Part shown: piece after piece, positions 46,834 through 57,400 of the stretch
How the letters are laid out: the number at the start of each line of letters is the position of its first letter
Position numbering within the stretch: position 1 is the stretch's first letter
Source: an uncultured archaeon
Lineage (GTDB): Archaea > Thermoplasmatota > Penumbrarchaeia > JASLWR01
Assembly (NCBI GenBank): GCA_964342815.1
Contig: CAYFHS010000006.1
Coordinates: forward strand, 85,850-149,849
DNA length: 64,000 nucleotides
Reading direction: 5' to 3'
Program-made: the position numbers and the translations under genes
The notes under the pieces: model-generated
What the model was told of the DNA's origin: nothing
The model's database searches: none
The model's input: only the letters and a program-made list of their open reading frames with translations

Positions 46834-48975
46834 ATGGAAATCTGGAACGAAGAAGAGATCAAGGAAATGTGGCGCATATTCTACAGGGGTGAGCTTGAAG
46901 GTCAGAGAAAATACGGCCCATTGATCCGAGAAGCTGCCGATAATTATCCTCAAACCGCAAGTATATCCGTTTATTTCACAGATATTGTTGAGTTCAACAG
47001 AGACTTTTCCGAGTATGTGCTGGAATCTCCCCGTCGGGCCATTTCACTTGGTGAAGAGGCCATGAAGGATTTCATGCATGTTGACAGAAAAGTACGATTA
47101 ATAATGCATATCATCGATATTCCACCTGCAACAGCTAGGGTGGACATCAGGAACATCCGGGCAAGTCACCTGGATCGTCTCGTATCCATTGAAGCACTAG
47201 TCAGAAGGGTCACAGAGGTCAGGCCCAGGGTAACAGTGGCAGTTTTCAAGTGCAGGAGATGCGAAACCCCAATCAACATTATCCAGAGCCGCAAGGATTT
47301 CGAGGAACCGCTGTTCTGTCCCAAGGACCAGGGCGGATGCGGCCGCGCAGCCTCTGCAACACGTTTCACACTGTTGAAAAGGGACTCAACCTTTATCGAC
47401 ACCCAGAGCATTGACGTTCAGGAATACCCCGAGGGACTCAGGGGAGGCGCACAGCCCCAGAGACTGACCGTATATGTGGAAGGTGATCTCACCGACAGCG
47501 TATTTCCCGGAGACCGGGTTGTATTCAATGGTATTCTTCAGTCACGACAGCTGCGGGATCGAGGGAATGCCAAGTCCACCCTCTTCGAGAAATTTCTGGA
47601 ATGCAGGGGTATTAACAGGTCAAAGGAGGATTACGAGGAAATACAAATCACTCCGGAAGAAGAGAAACTTTTTAGGACCGTTTCCCAGGCCGATGGAGTT
47701 CTCTCGAAGATCGCAATTTCCATTGCTCCCACTATACAGGGGATGAAGGAAGAAAAACTTGCCCTTGCCCTGCAGTTGTTCGGTGGGGTCCGAAAAGAAA
47801 CACCGGACGGTTTTCTCAGAGGTGATATGCATATTCTCATGGTGGGAGATCCGGGAACAGCCAAATCTCAGCTGCTGAACTACATTCAAAAAATTTCCCC
47901 CCGCGGAGTTATGACCACCGGAAAATCCGCAACGGCAGCAGGTCTTACCGCCGCCGCGGTACCCGACGAGCACGAGAAGGGGCGGTGGAATCTGGAAGCC
48001 GGCGCTCTCGTGTTGGCCGATATGGGGACAGTGTGCATAGACGAGATCGACAAAATGACCACCCATGACCGGAGCTCCATGCATGAGGCAATGGAACAGC
48101 AGAGGGTAACTATTACCAAGGCGGGCATCCAGGCTACGCTGCAGTCCCGCTGCGCCGTCCTGGGAGCGGCTAATCCGAAAATGGGTCGTTTTACCGGTGT
48201 TTCGGAGTCCCTAGTAGACGAAATAAATATGCCGCCAACACTTCTTGATCGCTTTGACATGATCTTCACTATCCAGGATGTTCCCAACCGAGACAAGGAT
48301 GATAAATTAGCAGCTCATGTGCTGAAAACACATCGGTACGGCGAGATCAAACGATACAGGGAAGTGGCCCCTTACGGTAAATTTGGAAAAGATGATGTGC
48401 AGCTCGCAAGTGAGAACATCGAACCGGATTATGATCGTGATTTCCTGAAAAAGTATATCGCCTACGCAAAGAAACACGTTTTTCCCGTTATGACCGATGA
48501 ATCCATGGACCGGATACGGGAGTATTACGTTGATATCAGGAGCGGCAGCAGGGGAGATGTGGTCACATGCACTGCAAGGCAGCTCGAGGGACTTATTAGA
48601 TTTTCGGAAGCATCCGCCAGGGCCCACCTGTCGGATACGGTCCGTTTGGAACACGTTGAAGTAGCAATAGGTCTCATCGGATATTACCTGGAGAAGGAGG
48701 CTTCTTTGGAGATGGGAGGGATTGACCGAATAACCAGCTCAATGGTTCCTTCGCAGAGGGCCAAGGTTTTCACTATTCAGCGTGTTATTCGTGAGCTGCA
48801 GATGGAAGTGGACGATTACGGGCGAAACGGCGTCCCAGTGGAAGAAATAATCCGCCAAAGCGAAATGGAGAATATTACAAAGGACGTGGTGTTGGTCACC
48901 CTTGATAAATTGAACCAGTTGGGGGATATTTACAGAACAAGTGCAAATAAATACAAAATAGTGGACGCCATTTGA
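46834..48975 (+). CDS. mcm: MCM replicative helicase
   Basis: C4 zinc finger, Walker A GDPGTAKS, IDEIDKM, AANP, RFD arginine finger, TARQLE, C-terminal wHTH; ATG 46834 behind GGAGG. Confidence 0.97.
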   Translation: MEIWNEEEIKEMWRIFYRGELEGQRKYGPLIREAADNYPQTASISVYFTDIVEFNRDFSEYVLESPRRAISLGEEAMKDFMHVDRKVRLIMHIIDIPPATARVDIRNIRASHLDRLVSIEALVRRVTEVRPRVTVAVFKCRRCETPINIIQSRKDFEEPLFCPKDQGGCGRAASATRFTLLKRDSTFIDTQSIDVQEYPEGLRGGAQPQRLTVYVEGDLTDSVFPGDRVVFNGILQSRQLRDRGNAKSTLFEKFLECRGINRSKEDYEEIQITPEEEKLFRTVSQADGVLSKIAISIAPTIQGMKEEKLALALQLFGGVRKETPDGFLRGDMHILMVGDPGTAKSQLLNYIQKISPRGVMTTGKSATAAGLTAAAVPDEHEKGRWNLEAGALVLADMGTVCIDEIDKMTTHDRSSMHEAMEQQRVTITKAGIQATLQSRCAVLGAANPKMGRFTGVSESLVDEINMPPTLLDRFDMIFTIQDVPNRDKDDKLAAHVLKTHRYGEIKRYREVAPYGKFGKDDVQLASENIEPDYDRDFLKKYIAYAKKHVFPVMTDESMDRIREYYVDIRSGSRGDVVTCTARQLEGLIRFSEASARAHLSDTVRLEHVEVAIGLIGYYLEKEASLEMGGIDRITSSMVPSQRAKVFTIQRVIRELQMEVDDYGRNGVPVEEIIRQSEMENITKDVVLVTLDKLNQLGDIYRTSANKYKIVDAI

Positions 48976-49005
48976 ACAAATCAATAAACCCACGGGAAAT
49001 ATTTT

Positions 49006-49314
49006 ATGTCCAACAAAACTACTTACTGTTGCCGGGTCCATATCCATAGGAACCAACGGATCGTAGCTGCCTGCGACAGTGATATTGTTGGTCGGAAATT
49101 CCGGGAGGGCAAGATGAATATTTTCGTAGATCCCGCTTTCTACTTTGAAAATGAAATTTCGGAAAACGAAGTGATTCCGCTGATCCGGACCGCTGATATG
49201 GTAAATATGGTTGGGAACAAAATCGTTGAGATGGTGGTTGAACAGGGTTTTGTTGACAAGGAAAGTGTACTGGTCATTCAAGGTGTTAAGCACGCGCAGA
49301 TAATGTCTTTTTAG
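49006..49314 (+). CDS. DUF424 family protein
   Basis: IVAACDSDIVG, FY, NMVGNKIV, GVKHAQ; classic mcm neighbour. Confidence 0.9.
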   Translation: MSNKTTYCCRVHIHRNQRIVAACDSDIVGRKFREGKMNIFVDPAFYFENEISENEVIPLIRTADMVNMVGNKIVEMVVEQGFVDKESVLVIQGVKHAQIMSF

Positions 49315-49340
49315 TTGAGACCACGGTATCGGTATAATTT

Positions 49341-50396
49341 TCACAGTTTGTTTCCACAGGCCGGGCAGGCCACCCACCCTGATTGAACATCCGCACCGCA
49401 TCCGGGACATGATAATTTCACTTTCTCACCGCATCCTGGACATGCGATCCATCCCGGTTGTATGCCCCCGCCGCAGTTCGGGCAGGCTTCGGCAGCCCCG
49501 CCCCCACCTCCACCACCCACATTTGTGCGGGTCAACACACTGTCCTGTATATGGGTTTCACCGCTTCCTCCGGAACCGCCTCCACCTCCCCCGCCTATAT
49601 TGGAGCGCTGAACCACGCTGTCTTTTATTGTAACATTGCTTTCGTCGCCGATTCTACCTATAGCTACGTTACCCCCGGACCGTGCGGCTTCCCTCATGGC
49701 GTCCCCGGCGGCCAGTTTCGTCCTCTTCATTATCTGTTCATCCGTGAAAGCAGATATGGTGGATACCTCCTGGATAGCATCCTTTACCTTCTTTGGCGGA
49801 TTGATGTACAGCTCAGATATTTCAGTTAGTACCATTCCCATGTCCTCGAATGATCTTTTACCAGCTTTTACTGTGACATTTCCGATAGCTTTCAATTTTT
49901 GCGGGATCTGAGTTACGGCCATTCCCTTCTTTTTCATATATCCCAGAGCCTGGTTGAGCGCCATTACCACCTCATCCCGTACGATCTCAGCTATGTCTTG
50001 TGAGGTGAGAGTCCCTCTGTCCCTTCCTATCTCGTTAAGGAATTTGACCGGATCCGTTACCCTGTATTTGTATTCACCAAAAGCCTGCAGCTGCACCATG
50101 TCAAACCTGGCATCATGGAAGGTCAGCGGCTGTTTTGTTCCGAACTTTCCCTCGAACTTTTGGCGGGATACGAAAAAAACGTTCCCCTCTGAAGCTAGCG
50201 TTGTCTGACCAGGTTCGGAAATGACCTGTTTTACAGCACCATATTGAAAAAGGACGGCAAATTCATTTCCCCTCACCACCAGCGGATTTCCGGCCTTTGC
50301 CGGTTCAGGGTATTTGAATACCAACTGATCTGCTTTTTCATTTTCAGGCCACATGACGGTTCTTGATCCGCTTTTCTTAAAAAGTCCCATATGCAT
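49341..50396 (-). CDS. SPFH/band-7 (YdjI-like) protein with Gly-rich linker and double zinc ribbon
   Basis: LVVRGNEFAVLF, KFGTKQP, AFGEYKYRVTDP; CPNCG...CPGCG...CPGCG...CPACG. Confidence 0.85.
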   Translation of the reverse strand: MHMGLFKKSGSRTVMWPENEKADQLVFKYPEPAKAGNPLVVRGNEFAVLFQYGAVKQVISEPGQTTLASEGNVFFVSRQKFEGKFGTKQPLTFHDARFDMVQLQAFGEYKYRVTDPVKFLNEIGRDRGTLTSQDIAEIVRDEVVMALNQALGYMKKKGMAVTQIPQKLKAIGNVTVKAGKRSFEDMGMVLTEISELYINPPKKVKDAIQEVSTISAFTDEQIMKRTKLAAGDAMREAARSGGNVAIGRIGDESNVTIKDSVVQRSNIGGGGGGGSGGSGETHIQDSVLTRTNVGGGGGGGAAEACPNCGGGIQPGWIACPGCGEKVKLSCPGCGADVQSGWVACPACGNKL

Positions 50397-50582
50397 ACCT
50401 CGGTTGATAGCTAATCTATTTTATTAAGTCCGTACAATCGTAATCCCTCCCAATCTACTAAAAATATTCGCCTGTAACATCATGATTTTCAGAAATTTAC
50501 GCGCACAACGATAAAATCATAACATAGAACTGAAATCAGGTCATAATATAAGGGAAAGAGACCAAAACGAACAGGCGAAATC

Positions 50583-51239
50583 ATGTCGAAGAAATCCATT
50601 GCGATTCTGGAGTCCACCAGCTTTATTGATGCGCTGAATGCGGTAGGAACATTATTGAGTGAGGTAAAGGTCACTCTTGCGGGGAGGTATTTCCTTGGGG
50701 AAGGGAAAGTTGCAATAGTGTTCAAGGGAGAGCCCGAGGCAATAACATCGATTATTTCTATAGCGGAGAACCGTATGGGGAATCTGGAGTTGAATACAGG
50801 TGCAGTACATGATCTTCCTAGGAAAGCAATGGAAGTTTTGTTGGCTCCGCACAATGGTTTTCACCCGGTTTTCACTGTACGGGAATCTACTCCTGTTGAA
50901 AAGCTTGCCATCGGAAAGGAGGTGGGAACTGCAGCTGATATCGAAGGGCTCTATATCGTAATGAGCCCTCAGGGTCCTACGGTTTCATTTGAACGGGTTC
51001 CTGGGCTGACCTCGAAAAGAAAGAAACGATTGAGCGAAGTACTGCAGTATTTCTGGGCCAACAAGAACCGAAAGATTACAAGCAATGAGGTAGCGCGAAT
51101 CCTTGATCACATTCCGAAACCCACTTTGGGGAGAGATTTGGATTATTTATCTCAATGCAGTCTCATTGGAAAGGAGGGGAGGGGTCGCGCGACATATTAT
51201 CTATACCGGCCTCTCGATGCAGGAAACCGCAAAGACTGA
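50583..51239 (+). CDS. BMC-H-like shell-fold domain fused to C-terminal winged-helix (DeoR/Fic-type) DNA-binding domain
   Basis: Residues 1-87 align nearly gaplessly by eye with PduA-type BMC-H (LE, LxG, LGEG pore, G-E, AVHxxPR); residues ~145-208 carry TLGRDLDYL and EGRGRATYY. Confidence 0.7.
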   Translation: [218 protein letters not shown]

Positions 51240-51541
51240 TTCTTGATATTGCATCAGTTGATGATTCATTGGTAAAGGCGACCCTATTGGCTCCCATTTC
51301 ATTCCGGCGAATCAGTAGATGCGCCTGATCCCGACATATAATCGAGATTATATTAGGGTTCGGAGAAACTTGTTTCTCCATCACCCTCGGCTAGTAAGCC
51401 TACGGGCTCGCCAAACTTGTCAAGTGGTGACTTTACAAGTGAATGTTAAATATGGCTGGATCATTCAGGTGCTCGGTGAGTGGCGGGAACTGCCGCCTTC
51501 AAACCCGGATTCATTCTATTTAACACAGGAGCGGTGCACGT

Positions 51542-52450
51542 ATGGTATTTGAATTAGATCTGAAAAAATTGAGATTCGGTACGGAACTGTTGAAGAGAGG
51601 ATTTGCAAGGATGCAGAAGGGGGGTGTGGTGATGGATGTGACCAATGACGAGCAGGCCCGAATTGCCGAGGAAGCCGGAGCTGTTGCTGTCATGGCTCTC
51701 GAGAGGGTTCCTGCCGATATAAGAGCGGAAGGCGGAGTTGCAAGGATGGCAGATCCACAGATGATAACGAGGATCATTGAGACCGTGACCATTCCCGTCA
51801 TGGCAAAATGCAGGATCGGTCACTTTGCCGAGGCCCAGATTCTATCGACCCTGGGAGTGGACATGGTGGACGAGAGCGAGGTGTTGACACCTGCAGACCC
51901 CTTCGATCACGTTTACAAAAAAGATTTCGTAATACCCTTCGTTTGCGGGTGCAGAAATCTCGGTGAAGCCTGCCGAAGGATCGGCGAGGGTGCGGCCATG
52001 ATCCGTACTAAGGGCGAGGCGGGTACCGGCGATGTGGTGGAGGCTGTAAGGCATATGAAGACTTTGAACCGTGAGATCGCTCATCTCAAGGAGCTGGGAG
52101 ATGAGGGTATGAAAGATTACGCAGAAGAAATTAACGCGCCGTTGGACGTTTTGCTTGAAGTGAAGAAGATGGGCCGACTCCCCGTCGTGAACTTTGCAGC
52201 AGGCGGTATAGCCACCCCTGCCGATGCTTCTCTGATGATGCAGCTCGGTTGTGACGGGATATTTGTCGGAAGCGGTATATTCAAATCCGGGGACCCTGCT
52301 CTTCTCGCAAACGCCATTGTGGAAGCTACAACTCATTATGATGATCCCCAGATACTCGCCAAAGTTTCCAAGGGCCTAGGGGCGGCAATGAAGGGGCAAC
52401 AGGCGGGGGATATACCCGAAGAGGAAAGGCTCCAGTACAGGGGTTGGTGA
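51542..52450 (+). CDS. pdxS: Pyridoxal 5'-phosphate synthase lyase subunit
   Basis: [58 protein letters not shown]. Confidence 0.98.
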   Translation: MVFELDLKKLRFGTELLKRGFARMQKGGVVMDVTNDEQARIAEEAGAVAVMALERVPADIRAEGGVARMADPQMITRIIETVTIPVMAKCRIGHFAEAQILSTLGVDMVDESEVLTPADPFDHVYKKDFVIPFVCGCRNLGEACRRIGEGAAMIRTKGEAGTGDVVEAVRHMKTLNREIAHLKELGDEGMKDYAEEINAPLDVLLEVKKMGRLPVVNFAAGGIATPADASLMMQLGCDGIFVGSGIFKSGDPALLANAIVEATTHYDDPQILAKVSKGLGAAMKGQQAGDIPEEERLQYRGW

Positions 52451-52491
52451 TCTCGCAGAATTTTTCATAACGGAAAACTTCGGTGACCGAC

Positions 52492-52998
52492 ATGGCCTGG
52501 TATCATGTATTTCGTTGTCCCCGATGTTCCAGAGCAAAAAGTGTTCTCGCTACTGTGAAATCGGCACAGTGCAGTTATTGTTCCAGTCGTTTTAAAACAA
52601 AGGGTCTCAAGAAATTCTATCAAACGGATATTGTGAGGGAAGCCGCAGAAGCCGTAGGTCGATTGAACTCCGAGCAAGCGGGGAAGACTGATGAGTTCAT
52701 TGCGGGATTGACCGAAGAGCGGTTCAGGGATCTTGAAAAAAAAGTCCCTTCGTCATTCGACACTCCGTACCAGTACGTGGGATATCGCCTGGGTGAAATT
52801 TCGAGTGAAAAAAGAATCATGGAAACTGCAATGCGTCTATTGACGGAAGAACTTGGTGAATTTACCTCAGACGATCTGTTATACGCTCTCAGGGAAGCCA
52901 ATCAAAGCACGGCGCGGGTGGAAGAATATATTGGGAGAATGATCCAGGACAATATGATATTTTCAAAGGACGGGAAACGGTACAAGTACATTTTCTAA
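52492..52998 (+). CDS. Zinc-ribbon + C-terminal wHTH protein (DUF1922/DUF5817-like)
   Basis: CPRC...CSYC; ATG 52492 behind GGTGA. Confidence 0.65.
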   Translation: MAWYHVFRCPRCSRAKSVLATVKSAQCSYCSSRFKTKGLKKFYQTDIVREAAEAVGRLNSEQAGKTDEFIAGLTEERFRDLEKKVPSSFDTPYQYVGYRLGEISSEKRIMETAMRLLTEELGEFTSDDLLYALREANQSTARVEEYIGRMIQDNMIFSKDGKRYKYIF

Positions 52999-53038
52999 AT
53001 TCCTCCGCAGTGGGCTCAAAATATAAGCGGTGACGGAA

Positions 53039-54193
53039 ATGCTTAAGATCGGATTGATAATAAATCCCATAGCGGGCATGGGCGGAAGGGTGGGGTTAAA
53101 GGGTACCGATGGAGAACTTACATACTCCGAAGCCCTGAGAAGGGGAGCCGAACCTGTTTCTCATGATCGCATGCAACAGTTTATTCGTTCGTTTTTGATT
53201 CATTCCAGTTCTATCGATAAAATACATTTTCTTGTCTGCCGCGGTTCCATGGGAAACGGTCAGGTAGAATCGATTTTAGCATCCAATGAAAATTTCTCCC
53301 TAACGGAATGTTATGATACAGGCAGCAGGCAGAGCACCGCCGGGGATACCGTGAAAGCGGCGGGAAAGATGGCCGAGGATGGTGCGGGGCTAATATGTTT
53401 TGCCGGTGGTGACGGTACCGCAAGAGACCTGCTTTCCGGAATCGAAAGTTCTGAAATTGATCCGGCGCCACTGCTGCTTGGCGTTCCGGCGGGGGTCAAG
53501 ATGCATTCATCGGTTTTCGCGATTTCCCCGGAAGCTGCAGGAGAGATACTTTCGTCCTATTTGAAAGGGACGACAAGCACAGAGCAGAGGGAGATCATGG
53601 ATATCGACGAAGAAGATTATCGTCGAGGGATTTTATCGGCAAAACTATATGGTTATGCATCTGTCCCAGTACTCAGCGGAATGGTGCAGCATTCGAAATC
53701 GGTGCAGCTAATGGATGAGGAAATGGAAAAGAAAGCTATCGCCGAGGAAATCGCTCATGACATAGAAGTGGATAATGAAAATATCTATTTTCTGGGGGCC
53801 GGTACCACCGTTTATGCCGTAAAGGAGAAATTGGGAATCGACGGTTCGCTTCTGGGTGTCGATGCTGTGTTGGGACGTAAAATGATGGGAAAGGACCTGT
53901 GGGACGAACCGATACTGGAGATGCTGGAAGGTAAATATGGAAAAATTATTCTTACGCCAATCGGGAGACAAGGATTTCTCCTGGGTCGGGGGAACCAGCA
54001 GTTCTCTCCAAGAGTTCTCAAAAAGGTTGGTATTCAAAATATCAGGATCATCTCTACCCGTGGGAAGCTAGAAGAAATAGAAAACCTGATAGTTTATACC
54101 GGAAACCGAGTATTGGATGATCAGTTCCCAAAATTTATGAAGGTCTTGGTTGGCCCGGACAGGTACAAGATGGTTCGGATCGTCAAGGGCTGA
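53039..54193 (+). CDS. ATP-NAD kinase-like family protein (COG3199-type)
   Basis: INPIAGMGGRVGLKGTDG, GGDGTARD, GVKMHS, QGFLLGRGNQQ. Confidence 0.9.
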   Translation: MLKIGLIINPIAGMGGRVGLKGTDGELTYSEALRRGAEPVSHDRMQQFIRSFLIHSSSIDKIHFLVCRGSMGNGQVESILASNENFSLTECYDTGSRQSTAGDTVKAAGKMAEDGAGLICFAGGDGTARDLLSGIESSEIDPAPLLLGVPAGVKMHSSVFAISPEAAGEILSSYLKGTTSTEQREIMDIDEEDYRRGILSAKLYGYASVPVLSGMVQHSKSVQLMDEEMEKKAIAEEIAHDIEVDNENIYFLGAGTTVYAVKEKLGIDGSLLGVDAVLGRKMMGKDLWDEPILEMLEGKYGKIILTPIGRQGFLLGRGNQQFSPRVLKKVGIQNIRIISTRGKLEEIENLIVYTGNRVLDDQFPKFMKVLVGPDRYKMVRIVKG

Positions 54194-54455
54194 TTGTTGA
54201 TGTGGGTGATCGACCGATAAGGGTGAAGTTGTTAGATCTGGATATAGGTTTTTGAGAATTCAACAAACCCAGCATTGTTGAACAAATTCTCGCATATCGA
54301 ATGGCAATTAAGTAGTTAGAGTATAGTGATATGAGGTGAGGTAGTGACAATGACTGAATAGTCGTGAATAAAAGACAAATATTTAATTATCATAGTAACT
54401 ATCAATTCATTTATTAATTACTTAATTGAGGAATAATCTTCAAAGGGTAGGTACT

Positions 54456-57400
54456 ATGAGAAAAGAATTTGGCTTATATATAATATTCTTGATGATATTG
54501 TTGCCACTACTCATTCCCATATCTTCTGAGGCACTGGATTACGAATTGGATAGTAATCTCAGTAATGTTAATGCTTCTTTCTGGGGGGAGTGCGAATATG
54601 ATTTTTCCGGATACTCGGTTGCACGCGCGGGCGACGTCAACGGGGACGGATACGATGACATTTTGATAGGTGCAGATTATAACGACGAAGGTGGTGATGA
54701 GGCAGGTCAGACCTACCTGATTTTCGGCAAGGCTTCCGGGTTGGCTATGAATACCGACCTATCGGATTCAGACGCTTCATTCTGGGGAGAGAGCGCAGAC
54801 GACAATTCCGGAATCTCGTTAGCAGGGGCTGGAGATGTCAACGGTGACGGCTACGACGATATTCTGATCGGAGTTAGGGATAACGGCGAAGGCGGACCCG
54901 ATGCGGGCCAGACATATATTATATTCGGCAAGGCATCCGGATGGTCCATGGACACCAATCTCTCCGATTCGGACGCATCATTCCTGGGAGAGAGACCATA
55001 CGATAAATCCGGATGGTCTGTGGCCGGTGCGGGGGACGTTAACGGAGACGGCTACGACGATATCCTTGTCGGGGCCTATGGCAACGACGAAGGCGATAAC
55101 TGGGGTGGCCAGACCTACCTCATATTCGGCAAGGCTTCCGGCTGGTCCATGGACACCAACCTCTCCATTTCAGATGCATCATTTTGGGGAGAAAACGAAG
55201 GAGACCTTTCCGGAGATTTTGTTGCAGGTGTGGGTGATGTAAATGGAGATGGATTCGACGACATTTTGATTGGAGCAAGTGATAACGATGAAGGCGGTAA
55301 CAGGGCGGGCCAGACCTACCTCATATTCGGCAAGGCTTCTGGTTGGTCCATGGACACCGGCCTCTCTACTTCAGACGCATCATTCTGGGGGGAAAACGCC
55401 GGCGAAAGCTCGGGAGAGTCTCTCTCAAGTGCGGGAGACGTCAACGGCGACGGATACGACGACATTCTTATAGGTGTGAGTGAGAACAGCGAAGCCGGTG
55501 GCTGGGCGGGCCAGACCTACCTCATTTTCGGGAAAGCTTCCGGGTGGTCCATGGACACCGATTTGTCCACCTCGGAGGCATCGTTCCTCGGTGAAAACGC
55601 AGACGACCATTCCGGTTGCTCCATCGCTGGTGCTGGAGATGTTAACGGGGACGGCTACGATGACATTTTGATAGCTGCAGATTATAACGATGACGGCGGA
55701 AGCAATACAGGTCAGACTTACCTCATATTAGGTAAATCCTCCAGCTGGTACATGGATATTAGCCTCTCAGCTTCGGACGCATCATTCCAGGGAGCTGACC
55801 TATACGACTTTTCCGGAATCTCGGTTGCTGGTGCGGGGGACGTTAACGGGGATGGACATGACGACATCCTTATCGGAGCGCTTCATAACGATTCCGGCGG
55901 TAGCAGTGCAGGTCAGACATATCTCATCTTCCCGGAACACAATAACGAACCCGTATCGATCACATCTATCAAAGCCTATTCGGACGATGAATATTCACAT
56001 GAAATTTCTAATGCATACCCTGGCAGCAAGATATATTTGGAACTGACAGCGATCGATGAGGATGCAAAGAAGAACATTGCCCAGGTCTGGATAAAAGGAA
56101 GTTCAAATCCCGGTAAACGATTTAAAATGAGATTGATGGAAACCGGCGAAAACACCGGGAAGTTCCACGGTGAGATGACCATCGCTAACCGAACTCATTC
56201 AAGATATAAATGGATCGATGCAGACGAAGGGGGATGGGTTGAAATTTCATCACGAAAAGAACCGGCTATACTACTTAATCTCAGTATTATACCAGGGATG
56301 CAACTTGAGCCGAAACCTACAATTCTATATTTGAACGAGGACGATAACTTTTCACAACACTTCGATACGACCGGAGTTAATCCAGAATTGTGGATACTAG
56401 AAACAAATGCCCCCTGGTTATCTTGGAATGAATCCACAAATAACCTCGTTGGTACCCCCACGAATTTTCATGTAGGTACCTATTGGGTCAATCTCCATGT
56501 GGAAGGGAATATTTTTTCGGATGGTATAAATTTCACGATTATTGTTAACAATTCGCTACCTCAGATAACGACTGAAAATATGCTCTTCGCCGAACAAGAT
56601 CAATTGTACATTGTAGATTACAATTCCACCGATGACCTACTAGGCAATGTCGTTTGGTACCTTGCTACAAATGCCAGCTGGTTATCCATAAATTCCAGTT
56701 CGGGCGTCTTAAATGGAATTCCTATAAAGAAAGATTTAGGTATCTATTTAGTCAATGTTTCAGTGTCGGACGGCAATGATGGTTGGGATTATTCTGAGTT
56801 CAATCTTCATGTGGTGAATGATAATGAACGGCCCAAATTGTATGATGACAGTCTCAATACTAACAAAGGAGATACATCTACAAGCTTTAGATTTTCCATC
56901 ATGTATAATGACGATGATGGTGACGAACCGGTCTATATCAATTTGGTCATTGATGAGCTATTGCATACCATGATAAGAGATAGCTCAGTTCCATTTGATT
57001 TCATTGAGGGAGTCAAATATGATTATACACTGAATTTGTCCGAGGGTGTCCATCAATATCATTATTCCGTATCAGATGGGAAATCCATAGTTCGATTTCC
57101 TGAAGATGGGAATTTGGTAACACCTTATATACAGCAAGTCCTTGAGGAAGACACTGGAAAGGATTCCGATGGTGACGGGTACTCAGATTCCAAAGAAAGA
57201 CAAATGGGTAGCGACCCTATTGATGAAAACTCTATTCCGCTCGACTGGGATGGGGATGGAATAGCGAACGTGGATGATGCTTATCCAAATGACGGGAATA
57301 AATGGGAAGGAACTAAAACTATAGGAGAAGGAATTTATGCTTTTTGGTGGATAATAGGTATTATGGGTGGATTAATAATTTTGGGGGTGATTGTCGGGGT

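Noticed and set aside
46834-48975. Intein or inactivation in MCM (arginine finger reads DRFD rather than SRFD)
   Set aside because: Length is normal, no intein motifs, and Walker A/B and the catalytic Arg are intact.
49341-54193. A complete microcompartment locus around the BMC-like gene
   Set aside because: No BMC-P/BMC-T, aldehyde dehydrogenase, glycyl-radical or other signature enzyme nearby.
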